DNA of 64,000 nt from a virus. Shown piece by piece: positions 26,570-34,688 of the stretch (positions are counted from its first letter, which is position 1; each line of letters opens with the position of its first letter). The notes beneath the pieces are model-generated. The model saw only the letters and a list, made by a program, of their open reading frames with translations, was not told the origin of the DNA and did no database searches. Made by a program: the position numbers and the translations under genes. Location: positions 17,384 to 81,383 of the IMG/VR virus record IMGVR_UViG_3300049846_000848. The stretch is one strand, 5' to 3'.

Positions 26570-27490
26570 ATGAATTATGGTATTCCTTATATGGGTAGTA
26601 AGTCTAAGATCTTAAAGGATATATGTCCTCTATTCCCTAAGGCTACTCACTTTTATGATCTATTCGGAGGGGGCTTCTCGGTAACTGATTATATGCTTAG
26701 ACATAGAGGTAACGACTTTAAGCACTTTCACTTTAATGAGATTAAGCCCGGAATATGTGAACTAGTGCAGGATGCTATTAAAGGTAAATATAACTATGAT
26801 AACTTTAAGCCTGAATGGATCTCAAAGGAGAAGTTCTTTGCTAGCGGGGATGTCTACGTAAAGACTGTGTGGTCATTTGGGAATGATGGTAGAACCTACA
26901 TGTTTGGAAAGAATATAGAGGAGTATAAACGATCATTGCATCAAGCAGTAGTATTTAATGAGTTCGATCAATTCTCTAAAGATTTCCTAGGTATAGGTAG
27001 ATTCGAGAATTCTATGCCTATTAAGGATAGAAGACTCTTAATTAAGAAACTTACTAAAAATACCACCATGTCACCTAACCCTGCTATACGACTCCAGCAA
27101 CTCCAGCAACTCCAGCAACTCCAGCAACTCGAGCGACTCCAGCAACTCGAGCGACTCCAGCAACTCCAGCAACTCGAGTCAAGGCTATCATTTTATAATC
27201 TTGATTATAGGGAGGTTCCTATAAAAGAGGACAGTATCGTATACTGCGACATTCCCTATAAAGGGACTAAGGACTATAGCGTTAGCAGATTCAACCACTC
27301 AGACTTTATAGAATGGGCTGCTAATAACCCTAACCCAGTGTTTATCTCAGAGTACGAGATTCCAGATACTAGATTTTCCATAGTACATGAGGTGAGGAAG
27401 AGAGTACTTTTAGACTCAGCTCAAGCAAATAAATATAAGATAGAAAGGCTATATGCTAACGAAGCTGCTATGCGTAAGTTAAATAAGTAA
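26570..27490 (+). CDS. Dam-like (D12 class) adenine DNA methyltransferase with LQQ repeat insert
   Basis: PYMGSK, DLFGGG, YCDIPY, FISEY. Confidence 0.85.
   Translation: MNYGIPYMGSKSKILKDICPLFPKATHFYDLFGGGFSVTDYMLRHRGNDFKHFHFNEIKPGICELVQDAIKGKYNYDNFKPEWISKEKFFASGDVYVKTVWSFGNDGRTYMFGKNIEEYKRSLHQAVVFNEFDQFSKDFLGIGRFENSMPIKDRRLLIKKLTKNTTMSPNPAIRLQQLQQLQQLQQLERLQQLERLQQLQQLESRLSFYNLDYREVPIKEDSIVYCDIPYKGTKDYSVSRFNHSDFIEWAANNPNPVFISEYEIPDTRFSIVHEVRKRVLLDSAQANKYKIERLYANEAAMRKLNK
27092..27181 (+). repeat. 10 x 9-bp tandem repeat (CTCCAGCAA/CTCGAGCGA) encoding LQQ/LER
   Basis: Read directly from sequence. Confidence 0.95.
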
Positions 27491-27504
27491 CAAGAGGAGA
27501 CCGA

Positions 27505-27771
27505 ATGAAAGTATTAGAATCAGCTAAAGTATTGAAAACACTAGACATATCTCTATTACCAGAAGTTAGAGTGGTACTAGGTTACAAGAATTGTAGTGAA
27601 TCCCAAAGAGACGGTGACCTATGGCTGTTCTTTGATCGCGACCAAGTTACCAAAGAGCCTATCTCTATGCGCAAACTACATAAAGCCACCGTAATTCTAC
27701 AAGTCAAGGACGATAAGATCCTAGTCTATAAAGACCAACAAAATCTATTGGCTCAATTTAAAGGGGAGTAA
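27505..27771 (+). CDS. Hypothetical protein
   Basis: GAGGAG SD. Confidence 0.65.
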   Translation: MKVLESAKVLKTLDISLLPEVRVVLGYKNCSESQRDGDLWLFFDRDQVTKEPISMRKLHKATVILQVKDDKILVYKDQQNLLAQFKGE

Positions 27772-27774
27772 CGC

Positions 27775-28026
27775 ATGGACTCCCCCTCATTCCCTAAGTT
27801 TCGTAACTTAGAGGTAGGCACTATCGTCTACTGCCTTGATATAGGATACGCTACCGTCATCACAGTCAATAAGGAGGATGACTACATCTGTCTCAAAGCT
27901 CAATACAAGAGGGATGCTTCTGGCTTAGAGCTCTTCCGTGACTGTAAGTTCGACGGTAGATATTGCTCCGAGGATGAGAATCCTATGGTGTATTGGGTTA
28001 ATCCTGGGCTCATCCATAACAACTAA
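27775..28026 (+). CDS. Hypothetical phage protein
   Basis: Coupled ORF; FDGRY...PMVYW. Confidence 0.6.
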   Translation: MDSPSFPKFRNLEVGTIVYCLDIGYATVITVNKEDDYICLKAQYKRDASGLELFRDCKFDGRYCSEDENPMVYWVNPGLIHNN

Positions 28027-28076
28027 ACCTACCTTATTTAGCCTATAACTACTTAGAATCATTAATCTTTTACCTA

Positions 28077-28105
28077 TTGACTTTAAACCTCCCACAGAGT
28101 AAGAT
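28077..28105 (+). promoter_or_regulatory. sigma70-like promoter TTGACT-17-TAAGAT
   Basis: Near-consensus, intergenic. Confidence 0.7.
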
Positions 28106-28143
28106 ACCAGAATAGAAACAAACATATACCTGGGGAGGTACTT

Positions 28144-28353
28144 ATGCTAGTTTTCATTCAATCAGTTCGCTACCTTAAGTCACTCGGTTACACTAAGCCA
28201 GCGATCCTATCTACCGTACAGTCACCTAAAGACTTACAAGAGATCGGTATCGAGCTAACCCTAACTCAAAAGCTACAGCTAACTAATCTTATCATTAAGG
28301 CTGATCCTAAGCGCCTCAATGACCTATACGACCTAGCTGTAGGGGCGTTCTAA
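28144..28353 (+). CDS. Hypothetical protein
   Basis: GGAGGT SD. Confidence 0.65.
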   Translation: MLVFIQSVRYLKSLGYTKPAILSTVQSPKDLQEIGIELTLTQKLQLTNLIIKADPKRLNDLYDLAVGAF

Positions 28354-28445
28354 TGTACTGGGGTAACATTCACTGGGGGTGGATACTACGGTGCCACCTC
28401 CTAGTAGGGTTCATGTTATTAATCGCAGAAACAATGGGAGGATAA
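28353..28445 (+). CDS. 30-aa hydrophobic micro-protein
   Basis: MYWGNIHWGWILRCHLLVGFMLLIAETMGG; TAATG coupling; fills the gap exactly. Confidence 0.45.
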   Translation: MYWGNIHWGWILRCHLLVGFMLLIAETMGG

Positions 28446-28446
28446 T

Positions 28447-28743
28447 ATGTCTAATATTAAACTAACTAAAGAACAAGAGATCATGATGGATGCCTTTGAG
28501 AAACATATCCAAGCCAACCCTACGCCTAAGGCAGTTACTCAGGCTACAGTCGAAGAGATAGTAGCTGAGATGACCATAGAGGCTCTCTTATTCGAGCTAG
28601 ACGTGGCCAAGAAAGAAGCCAACACCTACCGTGGCAGCCAAGACGGTAGCATGAGAGCTTGTTATGTTAGCTACTGTGGCCCAGAGATCGAAGCAGAGTT
28701 AGAGCGTCGAGGAGTACCCTTTACTAAGCAGTCATTCAACTAG
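28447..28743 (+). CDS. Hypothetical protein
   Basis: GGAGG SD. Confidence 0.65.
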   Translation: MSNIKLTKEQEIMMDAFEKHIQANPTPKAVTQATVEEIVAEMTIEALLFELDVAKKEANTYRGSQDGSMRACYVSYCGPEIEAELERRGVPFTKQSFN

Positions 28744-28752
28744 GAGTAAACC

Positions 28753-28998
28753 ATGTGTAATAACAGACACTTACAGTACGAACCTAATATCACGTACTTA
28801 TGCAACTGTGACGGCCCCGATAGAGTTAAGTCTACCTTCCGTCCAGTAGAAACATACCGCGACGGTATATGCCTAGAGTGTCATTACATGGCGGTAGCTC
28901 AGCTAACCCCAGCCACTGTACAGGCACCTAGACGTAAGGCTAAGAGCCATAGTAACCTTAAAGGCGGAGGTAGCCATGCTAACTTGCACTTGTCTTAA
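28753..28998 (+). CDS. Small Zn-binding protein (paralog of next gene)
   Basis: CNC..PD...F..VET..DGICLEC...AV. Confidence 0.6.
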   Translation: MCNNRHLQYEPNITYLCNCDGPDRVKSTFRPVETYRDGICLECHYMAVAQLTPATVQAPRRKAKSHSNLKGGGSHANLHLS

Positions 28999-29344
28999 GT
29001 CTCATCCAGATAAGCCCTATGCCTTCTGTGAGGTAGAGACTGTAGACGGATACTGCGTCCATTGTGGTCATGCAGCCGTAGAGTTTCCCGATGGCGCTAG
29101 CTTGGTTAGACCCAATCACTACCTATTAGGAGAGGCTGGCCATAAGTTCTGGCGTCACTGTAGTCAGTGTAACGCGGCTACTAGGATAGAAGATCTAGTG
29201 GCTGTCACCCCGAGAGAGATACGATGTAAGCTATGCCGGTGTAGGGTGTATAATAAGTGGCGAGCAGCTACGGGTAGAACGGCTAAGAGCCAGTGTAATG
29301 ACCTAGGGGATTGGGTAGCTAAGTCGGAACGGAGACGGGAGTAA
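28976..29344 (+). CDS. Double Zn-finger protein
   Basis: CTC...PD...F..VETVDGYCVHC...AV plus CSQC...CKLC. Confidence 0.6.
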   Translation: MLTCTCLKSHPDKPYAFCEVETVDGYCVHCGHAAVEFPDGASLVRPNHYLLGEAGHKFWRHCSQCNAATRIEDLVAVTPREIRCKLCRCRVYNKWRAATGRTAKSQCNDLGDWVAKSERRRE

Positions 29345-29347
29345 GGT

Positions 29348-29605
29348 ATGATATATAAGTTATTGATAAGGCTACATAGATTTTATTCCTATACCTTTAA
29401 CGACATGGTGCCAACTAGATGGCTGGTCCGACAAGGTATGCCTTATGGGGCAGCTTTGTTGCCTGGTAACGTAGGTAAGAATACTAAGTATATAGCTCTT
29501 AGATACTACCATAGTGGTATGTCTATTGACGCCATAGCCAAGAGGTGTAATATGACTAGAGAACGAGTAAGGCTGTACTTAGCTAAAGCAGCTAGAGGAG
29601 GATGA
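29348..29605 (+). CDS. sigma70 region-4-like HTH protein
   Basis: IALRYY..GMSIDAIAKRCNMTRERVRLYLAKA. Confidence 0.65.
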   Translation: MIYKLLIRLHRFYSYTFNDMVPTRWLVRQGMPYGAALLPGNVGKNTKYIALRYYHSGMSIDAIAKRCNMTRERVRLYLAKAARGG

Positions 29606-29606
29606 T

Positions 29607-30455
29607 ATGCGATTTAAACTTAGATTAGATTTAAAATTAGAGTTAGTGGGTAGAACTCTCTATAGGATAGAGGCTACTGAGGATCAGAAGTATGCTAAGA
29701 AAGGTGATTTGGGCGGGTATATTGAGAAGGTAGAAAATCTCCAAGATAACGCCTGGGTCTCTGGTAATGCCCAAGTCTATGGTAATGCCCAAGTCTATGG
29801 TGATGCCCAAGTCTATGGTGATGCCCGAGTCTCTGGTGATGCCCAAGTCTATGGTGATGCCCGAGTCTATGGTAATACCCTAGTCTCTGGTAATGCCTGG
29901 GTCTCTGGTAATGCCCGAGTCTATGGTAATACCCTAGTCTATGGTGATGCCCGAGTCTATGGTAATACCCTAGTCTCTGGTAATGCCTGGGTCTCTGGTA
30001 ATGCCCGAGTCTATGGTAATACCCTAGTCTATGGTAATACCCTAGTCTCTGGTAATGCCCAAGTCTATGGTAATGCCCAAGTCTATGGTGATGCCCGAGT
30101 CTATGGTGATGCCCGAGTCTCTGGTGATGCCCGAGTCTCTGGTGATGCCCAAGTCTATGGTGATGCCCAAGTCTATGGTGATGCCCGAGTCTATGGTAAT
30201 ACCCAAGTCTATGGTAATGCTGAAGTCCGTACCAGATTCTCGGTGCAAAATATAATAGGTTTATCGTTTAATATGACACTAACTAACGAAGGAGTCTCAA
30301 TAGGATGCAAGTTCTTTAAGCATCATGAGATTGATCGTGTTACTTATCAAGACTTAAAGACAGAAGTATTAGATGAAGAAGAGTTTAATCTCTTAAAGAA
30401 TATATACTTGATTCATTATGAGTATATGCTTAAAATGGAAGACAGTGTTAAATAG
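29607..30455 (+). CDS. Hexapeptide-repeat (left-handed beta-helix) phage protein
   Basis: LYRIEA...KGDLGGYIE..ENL then (V[YS]G[ND][AT]x)n. Confidence 0.85.
   Translation: MRFKLRLDLKLELVGRTLYRIEATEDQKYAKKGDLGGYIEKVENLQDNAWVSGNAQVYGNAQVYGDAQVYGDARVSGDAQVYGDARVYGNTLVSGNAWVSGNARVYGNTLVYGDARVYGNTLVSGNAWVSGNARVYGNTLVYGNTLVSGNAQVYGNAQVYGDARVYGDARVSGDARVSGDAQVYGDAQVYGDARVYGNTQVYGNAEVRTRFSVQNIIGLSFNMTLTNEGVSIGCKFFKHHEIDRVTYQDLKTEVLDEEEFNLLKNIYLIHYEYMLKMEDSVK
29748..30227 (+). repeat. About 27 x 18-bp tandem repeat
   Basis: RAT-RCC-(CAA/CGA/CTA/TGG)-GTC-TMT-GGT units. Confidence 0.95.
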
Positions 30456-30466
30456 AGGAGTTTAGT

Positions 30467-30670
30467 ATGAAAGATATATTAGAACTATTGGGATACCTAA
30501 CAATACCAACACTATGCATGGCGATGCTAGCCTACCTAATGCTTACTGCGCCACCTATACTCTCATCATTCGAGCAGCACATCCAAGACCGCATTAAAGC
30601 CGCGGACTCTATGGCTATTACAGCGCAGGAGAAGGCAGTGAGGGCTAGGACTGAGGGAGGTGGGAAGTGA
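30467..30670 (+). CDS. Small membrane protein
   Basis: N-terminal TM; GAGGAG SD. Confidence 0.6.
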   Translation: MKDILELLGYLTIPTLCMAMLAYLMLTAPPILSSFEQHIQDRIKAADSMAITAQEKAVRARTEGGGK

Positions 30671-31242
30671 GGACAGGGTATGGTCTGAATGAAGTCGTGG
30701 ATATAGAATGGAGACCAATAAAAGACTACGAAGGGCTCTATGAAGTCTCTAACTATGGTGACATAAAACGACTAGGGAGAACAATAACGTATCCATGCGG
30801 AAGAAAGGTAGTACTAAAAGATATGATACGAGCGAGGTGTCAAAATTCATCGGGCTATACCATAGTGGATTTAACAAAGAACAGAAAGGGCAAAAGTTAT
30901 AGAGTTCATATTTTAGTGGCACAAGCTTTTATTCCTAACCCAGATAATAAAAGTCAGGTTAATCATAAGGATTTTAATAAAACTAATAATCACATTGATA
31001 ACCTAGAATGGGTGCATCCGATAGAAAACACCAGGCATGCTATTAATTCCAAAAAACATAACCATGGAGAGATTCACTACGAAGCAAAAATCACCAATAA
31101 TGATGCAAAAGAAATCTATAGGTTATATGCCCTAGAGGGAGTGAGTGCTAAGTTGGTTGCTAAAAAGTTTAATATTACTACCAATATAGTCTATAATATA
31201 AAAACAAAGAGAACATGGAAACATATACACGAGGAGAACTAG
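30667..31242 (+). CDS. NUMOD4-HNH homing endonuclease
   Basis: EWRPIKDYEGLYEVSNYG, RVHILVAQAF, VNHKDFNKTNNHIDNLEW; A-tract-rich composition. Confidence 0.9.
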   Translation: MRTGYGLNEVVDIEWRPIKDYEGLYEVSNYGDIKRLGRTITYPCGRKVVLKDMIRARCQNSSGYTIVDLTKNRKGKSYRVHILVAQAFIPNPDNKSQVNHKDFNKTNNHIDNLEWVHPIENTRHAINSKKHNHGEIHYEAKITNNDAKEIYRLYALEGVSAKLVAKKFNITTNIVYNIKTKRTWKHIHEEN

Positions 31243-31301
31243 CCAAGTTATACCTCTTGGGGTATAGTTATATAGGCAATAGAGTTATTTATACCCGATA
31301 G
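31215..31301 (+). CDS. 28-aa micro-protein overlapping HNH 3' end
   Basis: METYTRGELAKLYLLGYSYIGNRVIYTR. Confidence 0.35.
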   Translation: METYTRGELAKLYLLGYSYIGNRVIYTR

Positions 31302-31316
31302 GGATTGGAGGAATGA

Positions 31317-31544
31317 ATGGAAACATCTTACTATAGGGATCTAGTGGCGCGATTAGATTCTGCTATGAGTGCTTGGGACAATTACAACGCATCGCATGAA
31401 ATTGATGAAGCCTACGAACAGTACTTACTTAGTAGTAGAGAAGCACTTTTATCAGAAGTAACTGATTACTTATATCCTATTCAAGGTAATCTCGTCCCAT
31501 TAGAGCGAATCAAATGGAAGGCAGAACTTCGGAGAAGTAAATGA
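31317..31544 (+). CDS. Hypothetical protein
   Basis: GGAGG SD. Confidence 0.65.
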   Translation: METSYYRDLVARLDSAMSAWDNYNASHEIDEAYEQYLLSSREALLSEVTDYLYPIQGNLVPLERIKWKAELRRSK

Positions 31545-31906
31545 ATAACACAAACTTAGACTGCCGTATAGCTACTGAATTTATGGGCTGGGAGTTAAGC
31601 CATAACAGTGAGATATGGTGTCAGGATGGTGAATGTTTGAGGGACGTAGAGGACTTCTCCCCAACTACCGACATGAACGCGGCGTATGTTGTGCTGGAGA
31701 AGATTGCGAGTAAAACAGACGTTATTATGGGGACTTTACTAAATAAAAAGTGGACAATAGATGCCATGGATTTAAAAGGACCTTACGGAATAAGTATCTA
31801 CGATCACTTACATATTGAAAGTAGTTCACTACCACTCGCAGTTAGTTTATTAGCCGAGAAGATCATGGACACGCCGGAGTATATGGCGTTATTTAAGGGG
31901 GAATAG
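31541..31906 (+). CDS. Phage ABA-sandwich domain protein
   Basis: LDCRIATEFMGW...FSPTTDMNAAYVVLEK...PLAVSLLA. Confidence 0.65.
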   Translation: MNNTNLDCRIATEFMGWELSHNSEIWCQDGECLRDVEDFSPTTDMNAAYVVLEKIASKTDVIMGTLLNKKWTIDAMDLKGPYGISIYDHLHIESSSLPLAVSLLAEKIMDTPEYMALFKGE

Positions 31907-31907
31907 G

Positions 31908-32192
31908 ATGTTTGGATATACCATTGTCAGAAAGGATTATTTAGAAAGACTAGAACGCAATCACACTAAACTGCGGAAATTGGTGTATGTCACATCTTGG
32001 TTCTCCGGATGGAGAGATCTTAAGATTATATGGGATTACGTATTTACTGAGACATATTATGGAGGAATAGAGTCCTGCCGCAGGGAGTACGCTAAATCTA
32101 GGGGTACAGACGAGTATGGAAGTCCTAGGAAGTGTGAGATCAATATACCTAAAGTCATTCCAGCCGAACTAGACGGACTACCGGAGGATTAA
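31908..32192 (+). CDS. Hypothetical protein
   Basis: Coupled ORF. Confidence 0.6.
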   Translation: MFGYTIVRKDYLERLERNHTKLRKLVYVTSWFSGWRDLKIIWDYVFTETYYGGIESCRREYAKSRGTDEYGSPRKCEINIPKVIPAELDGLPED

Positions 32193-32193
32193 T

Positions 32194-32397
32194 ATGGACG
32201 CTAAAGCAAGATTAGAAGTATTAAAGGAAAGATTCGATCTATTGCAATCTTACTACAACTCCTATACTGAGGACGCATTAGCCGCACTATCATTGGCTTC
32301 AGCAGAGATATCTAGGTTAGAGGCAGAGATAGCGGAAAAGAGCGCTCCAATGAAGCCTAAACCTGGCATAAGGAGCTCTGAATGGCACCCATACTAA
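32194..32397 (+). CDS. Hypothetical coiled-coil protein
   Basis: GGAGG SD. Confidence 0.6.
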   Translation: MDAKARLEVLKERFDLLQSYYNSYTEDALAALSLASAEISRLEAEIAEKSAPMKPKPGIRSSEWHPY

Positions 32398-32585
32398 TCA
32401 CCTGTATCGTATCCACCCTAGGACTCTCCCATACCTTTAGTTATAATAATACTAAGGTGCATAAAGAGACTATAGATTCTACCTTTAATTTCGAGGGGTT
32501 AGAGTCTATTGACAATTATTGGGCTATAAAAGACAATGAGGGTAGGGAAGTTACGTTCTTTCCTGAGTGCAAGGAGACTAAATGA
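32382..32585 (+). CDS. Hypothetical protein
   Basis: AAGGAG SD. Confidence 0.55.
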   Translation: MAPILITCIVSTLGLSHTFSYNNTKVHKETIDSTFNFEGLESIDNYWAIKDNEGREVTFFPECKETK

Positions 32586-32989
32586 AAATAGTTAATATTA
32601 AAGAACTAAGAGACTATAAAAGAGATAATGAAAGCTACGCGAATTTTGATGGTTATGAGATCGAGACTGAGACCGATATTATTAGATTATTAATATCTAA
32701 CTATCAAGCCTGCTGTGAGACTTGGGGGCAGATAACCTCTGCCGACGACTTAAAAGAGTTTATAGGAGCTGAGATCCTACGTTTAGAGACGGTATCTTCT
32801 GGTGATTGGACTAAGTCTGAGATCATTAAAAATAAGATAGATGAGTACTACGACGAAGTGGAAGCAGCCTTTATCAACATAGAGACTGACCGTGGACTAC
32901 TACAGCTAGCCGTGTATAATCACCATAACGGGTACTATGGGCATGATATACTTATAGAGAGCACCGCTAAGGTAGGAGAGACTAAGTGA
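32582..32989 (+). CDS. Conserved phage protein (QxCCE...NGYY motifs)
   Basis: YQACCE, IETDRG, NGYYG. Confidence 0.7.
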   Translation: MKIVNIKELRDYKRDNESYANFDGYEIETETDIIRLLISNYQACCETWGQITSADDLKEFIGAEILRLETVSSGDWTKSEIIKNKIDEYYDEVEAAFINIETDRGLLQLAVYNHHNGYYGHDILIESTAKVGETK

Positions 32990-33888
32990 CCAAGAAGCTT
33001 AAGGTACTCGATTTATTTAGCGGCTGCGGAGGTTTTAGCCTAGGTTTGCATCGTACCGGTGGCTATTCTACCGTAGGCTTCTGTGAGATCGATGCTACCT
33101 GCCAGAAGGTGCTAGCTAAGAACTTCCCTGGAGTACCTATACTAAAAGACATTAGAGATTTAAAGTACTTAAAACCCTCCAAGGAACTATGCGAACATAG
33201 CCTTAACTATGACTTGTACTCTGGAGATATAGACGTTATAACCGCGGGGTGGCCTTGCCAAGGGTACTCGGTCGCAGGTAAGAAGAGAGGATTTAAAGAT
33301 GAACGAAGTGGACTTTGGACAGAGGTTAAGAGAGTCATTAAAGAAGTTGGACCTAGATGGGTCATCCTTGAGAACAGTCCCAATCTGCGAAATCTCGGAC
33401 TTGCAAGAGTCCTTCAAGATCTCTGGGAGATCGGGTATCATAACATCCGATGGGACATTCTCTCTGCAGAAGCCTACGGTGCCATTCACAAACGAGAACG
33501 CATCTATATCATTGCCAACCGTGACGGTTATGGACTCGATAGCCAAGCCCATGCCCCCGCGGAAGAAGCACAACGGAGGCGGACAGAAGCCTGGGCTGAT
33601 TTCAGTCGCGGGAGATGCCCTGAACCCCGCTTTTACCGAATGGATGATGTCGCTACCAATGGACTGGACCCTTCCTGCGGGATTAGTTCAAACGCAGGAA
33701 GACGTAGAGGAGATCCAGAAGTGGAACGAATCAGAAAGCAACGAGTAAAGCAGTGCGGTAACGGCGTTTATCTACCCATAATCACTGAGATAGGTCGTTA
33801 TATTCAACACATAGAGCTGGCTAACAACATTAATAGGCAGTCTATCCCAACTCAATCTAAAGAAGCTAACCAAACATCAACTACTTAG
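32986..33888 (+). CDS. C5-cytosine DNA methyltransferase, alpha polypeptide (motif IX missing)
   Basis: DLFSGCGG (I), GWPCQ (IV), ENSP (VI), HKRERIY (VIII), KQCGNGV (X). Confidence 0.9.
   Translation: MTKKLKVLDLFSGCGGFSLGLHRTGGYSTVGFCEIDATCQKVLAKNFPGVPILKDIRDLKYLKPSKELCEHSLNYDLYSGDIDVITAGWPCQGYSVAGKKRGFKDERSGLWTEVKRVIKEVGPRWVILENSPNLRNLGLARVLQDLWEIGYHNIRWDILSAEAYGAIHKRERIYIIANRDGYGLDSQAHAPAEEAQRRRTEAWADFSRGRCPEPRFYRMDDVATNGLDPSCGISSNAGRRRGDPEVERIRKQRVKQCGNGVYLPIITEIGRYIQHIELANNINRQSIPTQSKEANQTSTT
33299..33748 (+). CDS. Putative beta polypeptide of the C5-methyltransferase, nested in +1 frame
   Basis: Carries LNPAFTEWMMSLPMDWT (motif IX-like); GAGGA SD 7 nt before ATG. Confidence 0.7.
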   Translation: MNEVDFGQRLRESLKKLDLDGSSLRTVPICEISDLQESFKISGRSGIITSDGTFSLQKPTVPFTNENASISLPTVTVMDSIAKPMPPRKKHNGGGQKPGLISVAGDALNPAFTEWMMSLPMDWTLPAGLVQTQEDVEEIQKWNESESNE

Positions 33889-33896
33889 GCTACTCC

Positions 33897-33926
33897 TTGA
33901 CTCATCCCTCATTCCGTCTGTAATAT
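33897..33926 (+). promoter_or_regulatory. sigma70-like promoter TTGACT-18-TAATAT
   Basis: Intergenic; follows an IHF-like site. Confidence 0.5.
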
Positions 33927-33955
33927 CCTCCTATAACCACTACTTAGGAGGCATC

Positions 33956-34195
33956 ATGACTTTAAAGCAATATAAGACACTTACCGGAACTTACCTTTAT
34001 AGCCACAATGAAGGTCGCCACGGCGAAGACTTCCGTGAAGTCCAGATACATACTAGATCTAACGATGCTGATCCCAACAATAGAATCTATCTAGTCATCA
34101 TAACTGACGGATTCAGATACTTAGATCAATGCCACGTAAAGGGATCTAATAACGCCAAAGAAGCCGCTTTAAAGCTACTTAAGTCGATATCCTAA
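33956..34195 (+). CDS. Hypothetical protein
   Basis: AGGAGG SD. Confidence 0.65.
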   Translation: MTLKQYKTLTGTYLYSHNEGRHGEDFREVQIHTRSNDADPNNRIYLVIITDGFRYLDQCHVKGSNNAKEAALKLLKSIS

Positions 34196-34282
34196 ACAAC
34201 ATCTATCGGAATCGTATCAATGCTTTAAAAAGGTATTGATCGAGGCTATAGATATGCTACTATACTTGAAAAGGAGGTAAGT

Positions 34283-34363
34283 ATGAGACATGTTTCAAAC
34301 TCAGACTCGGTACTGTTAATAGCAGTAGTGATCTGGTTAGTAGCCATACTAAACCAGATCTAG
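34283..34363 (+). CDS. 26-aa single-TM micro-protein
   Basis: MRHVSNSDSVLLIAVVIWLVAILNQI; AAGGAGGT SD; upstream TTGATC-16-TACTAT. Confidence 0.6.
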   Translation: MRHVSNSDSVLLIAVVIWLVAILNQI

Positions 34364-34364
34364 T

Positions 34365-34676
34365 ATGTGGCCCTATCTATTAGTATTAATAGCAGCTGCT
34401 TCAACTAATGCGGCGCTGCCATTCACTCGATTCGCCCAATCAAACTACCTATATCTAATAGGCTTAAGCTCTGCATTAGTATCCAACGTAGCGTGGCTAT
34501 CATTAGCCCGTATCACGCCTAAACTAGAACTAGCTAGAGTAGGATTAATATGGGATGCTACCCTAACTATATGTTATTTAGTAGTGCCTATAATGCTAGG
34601 GGCTAGATTTAATATGCAAATGGGATTAGGATTGACTTTAATTATAACAGGCGTCTTAATAGTTAAAGGCGCATAG
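34365..34676 (+). CDS. Four-TM SMR/EamA-like membrane protein
   Basis: 103 aa, four hydrophobic helices, C-terminal LGLTLIITGVLIV. Confidence 0.55.
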   Translation: MWPYLLVLIAAASTNAALPFTRFAQSNYLYLIGLSSALVSNVAWLSLARITPKLELARVGLIWDATLTICYLVVPIMLGARFNMQMGLGLTLIITGVLIVKGA

Positions 34677-34688
34677 AGGAGGATATAG

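Noticed and set aside
29748-30227. CRISPR array or DGR-like adenine-biased variation in the 18-bp repeat
   Set aside because: No spacers; in-frame coding repeat; TGG variants change non-A bases; no reverse transcriptase or TR/VR pair in the window
29643-30255. Alternative-frame ORFs (GITIDL and MPKSMV repeats)
   Set aside because: Shadows of the stop-free 18-bp repeat
30667-31301. HNH gene as part of a group I intron
   Set aside because: No flanking room for intron core helices and no interrupted conserved host gene; appears free-standing
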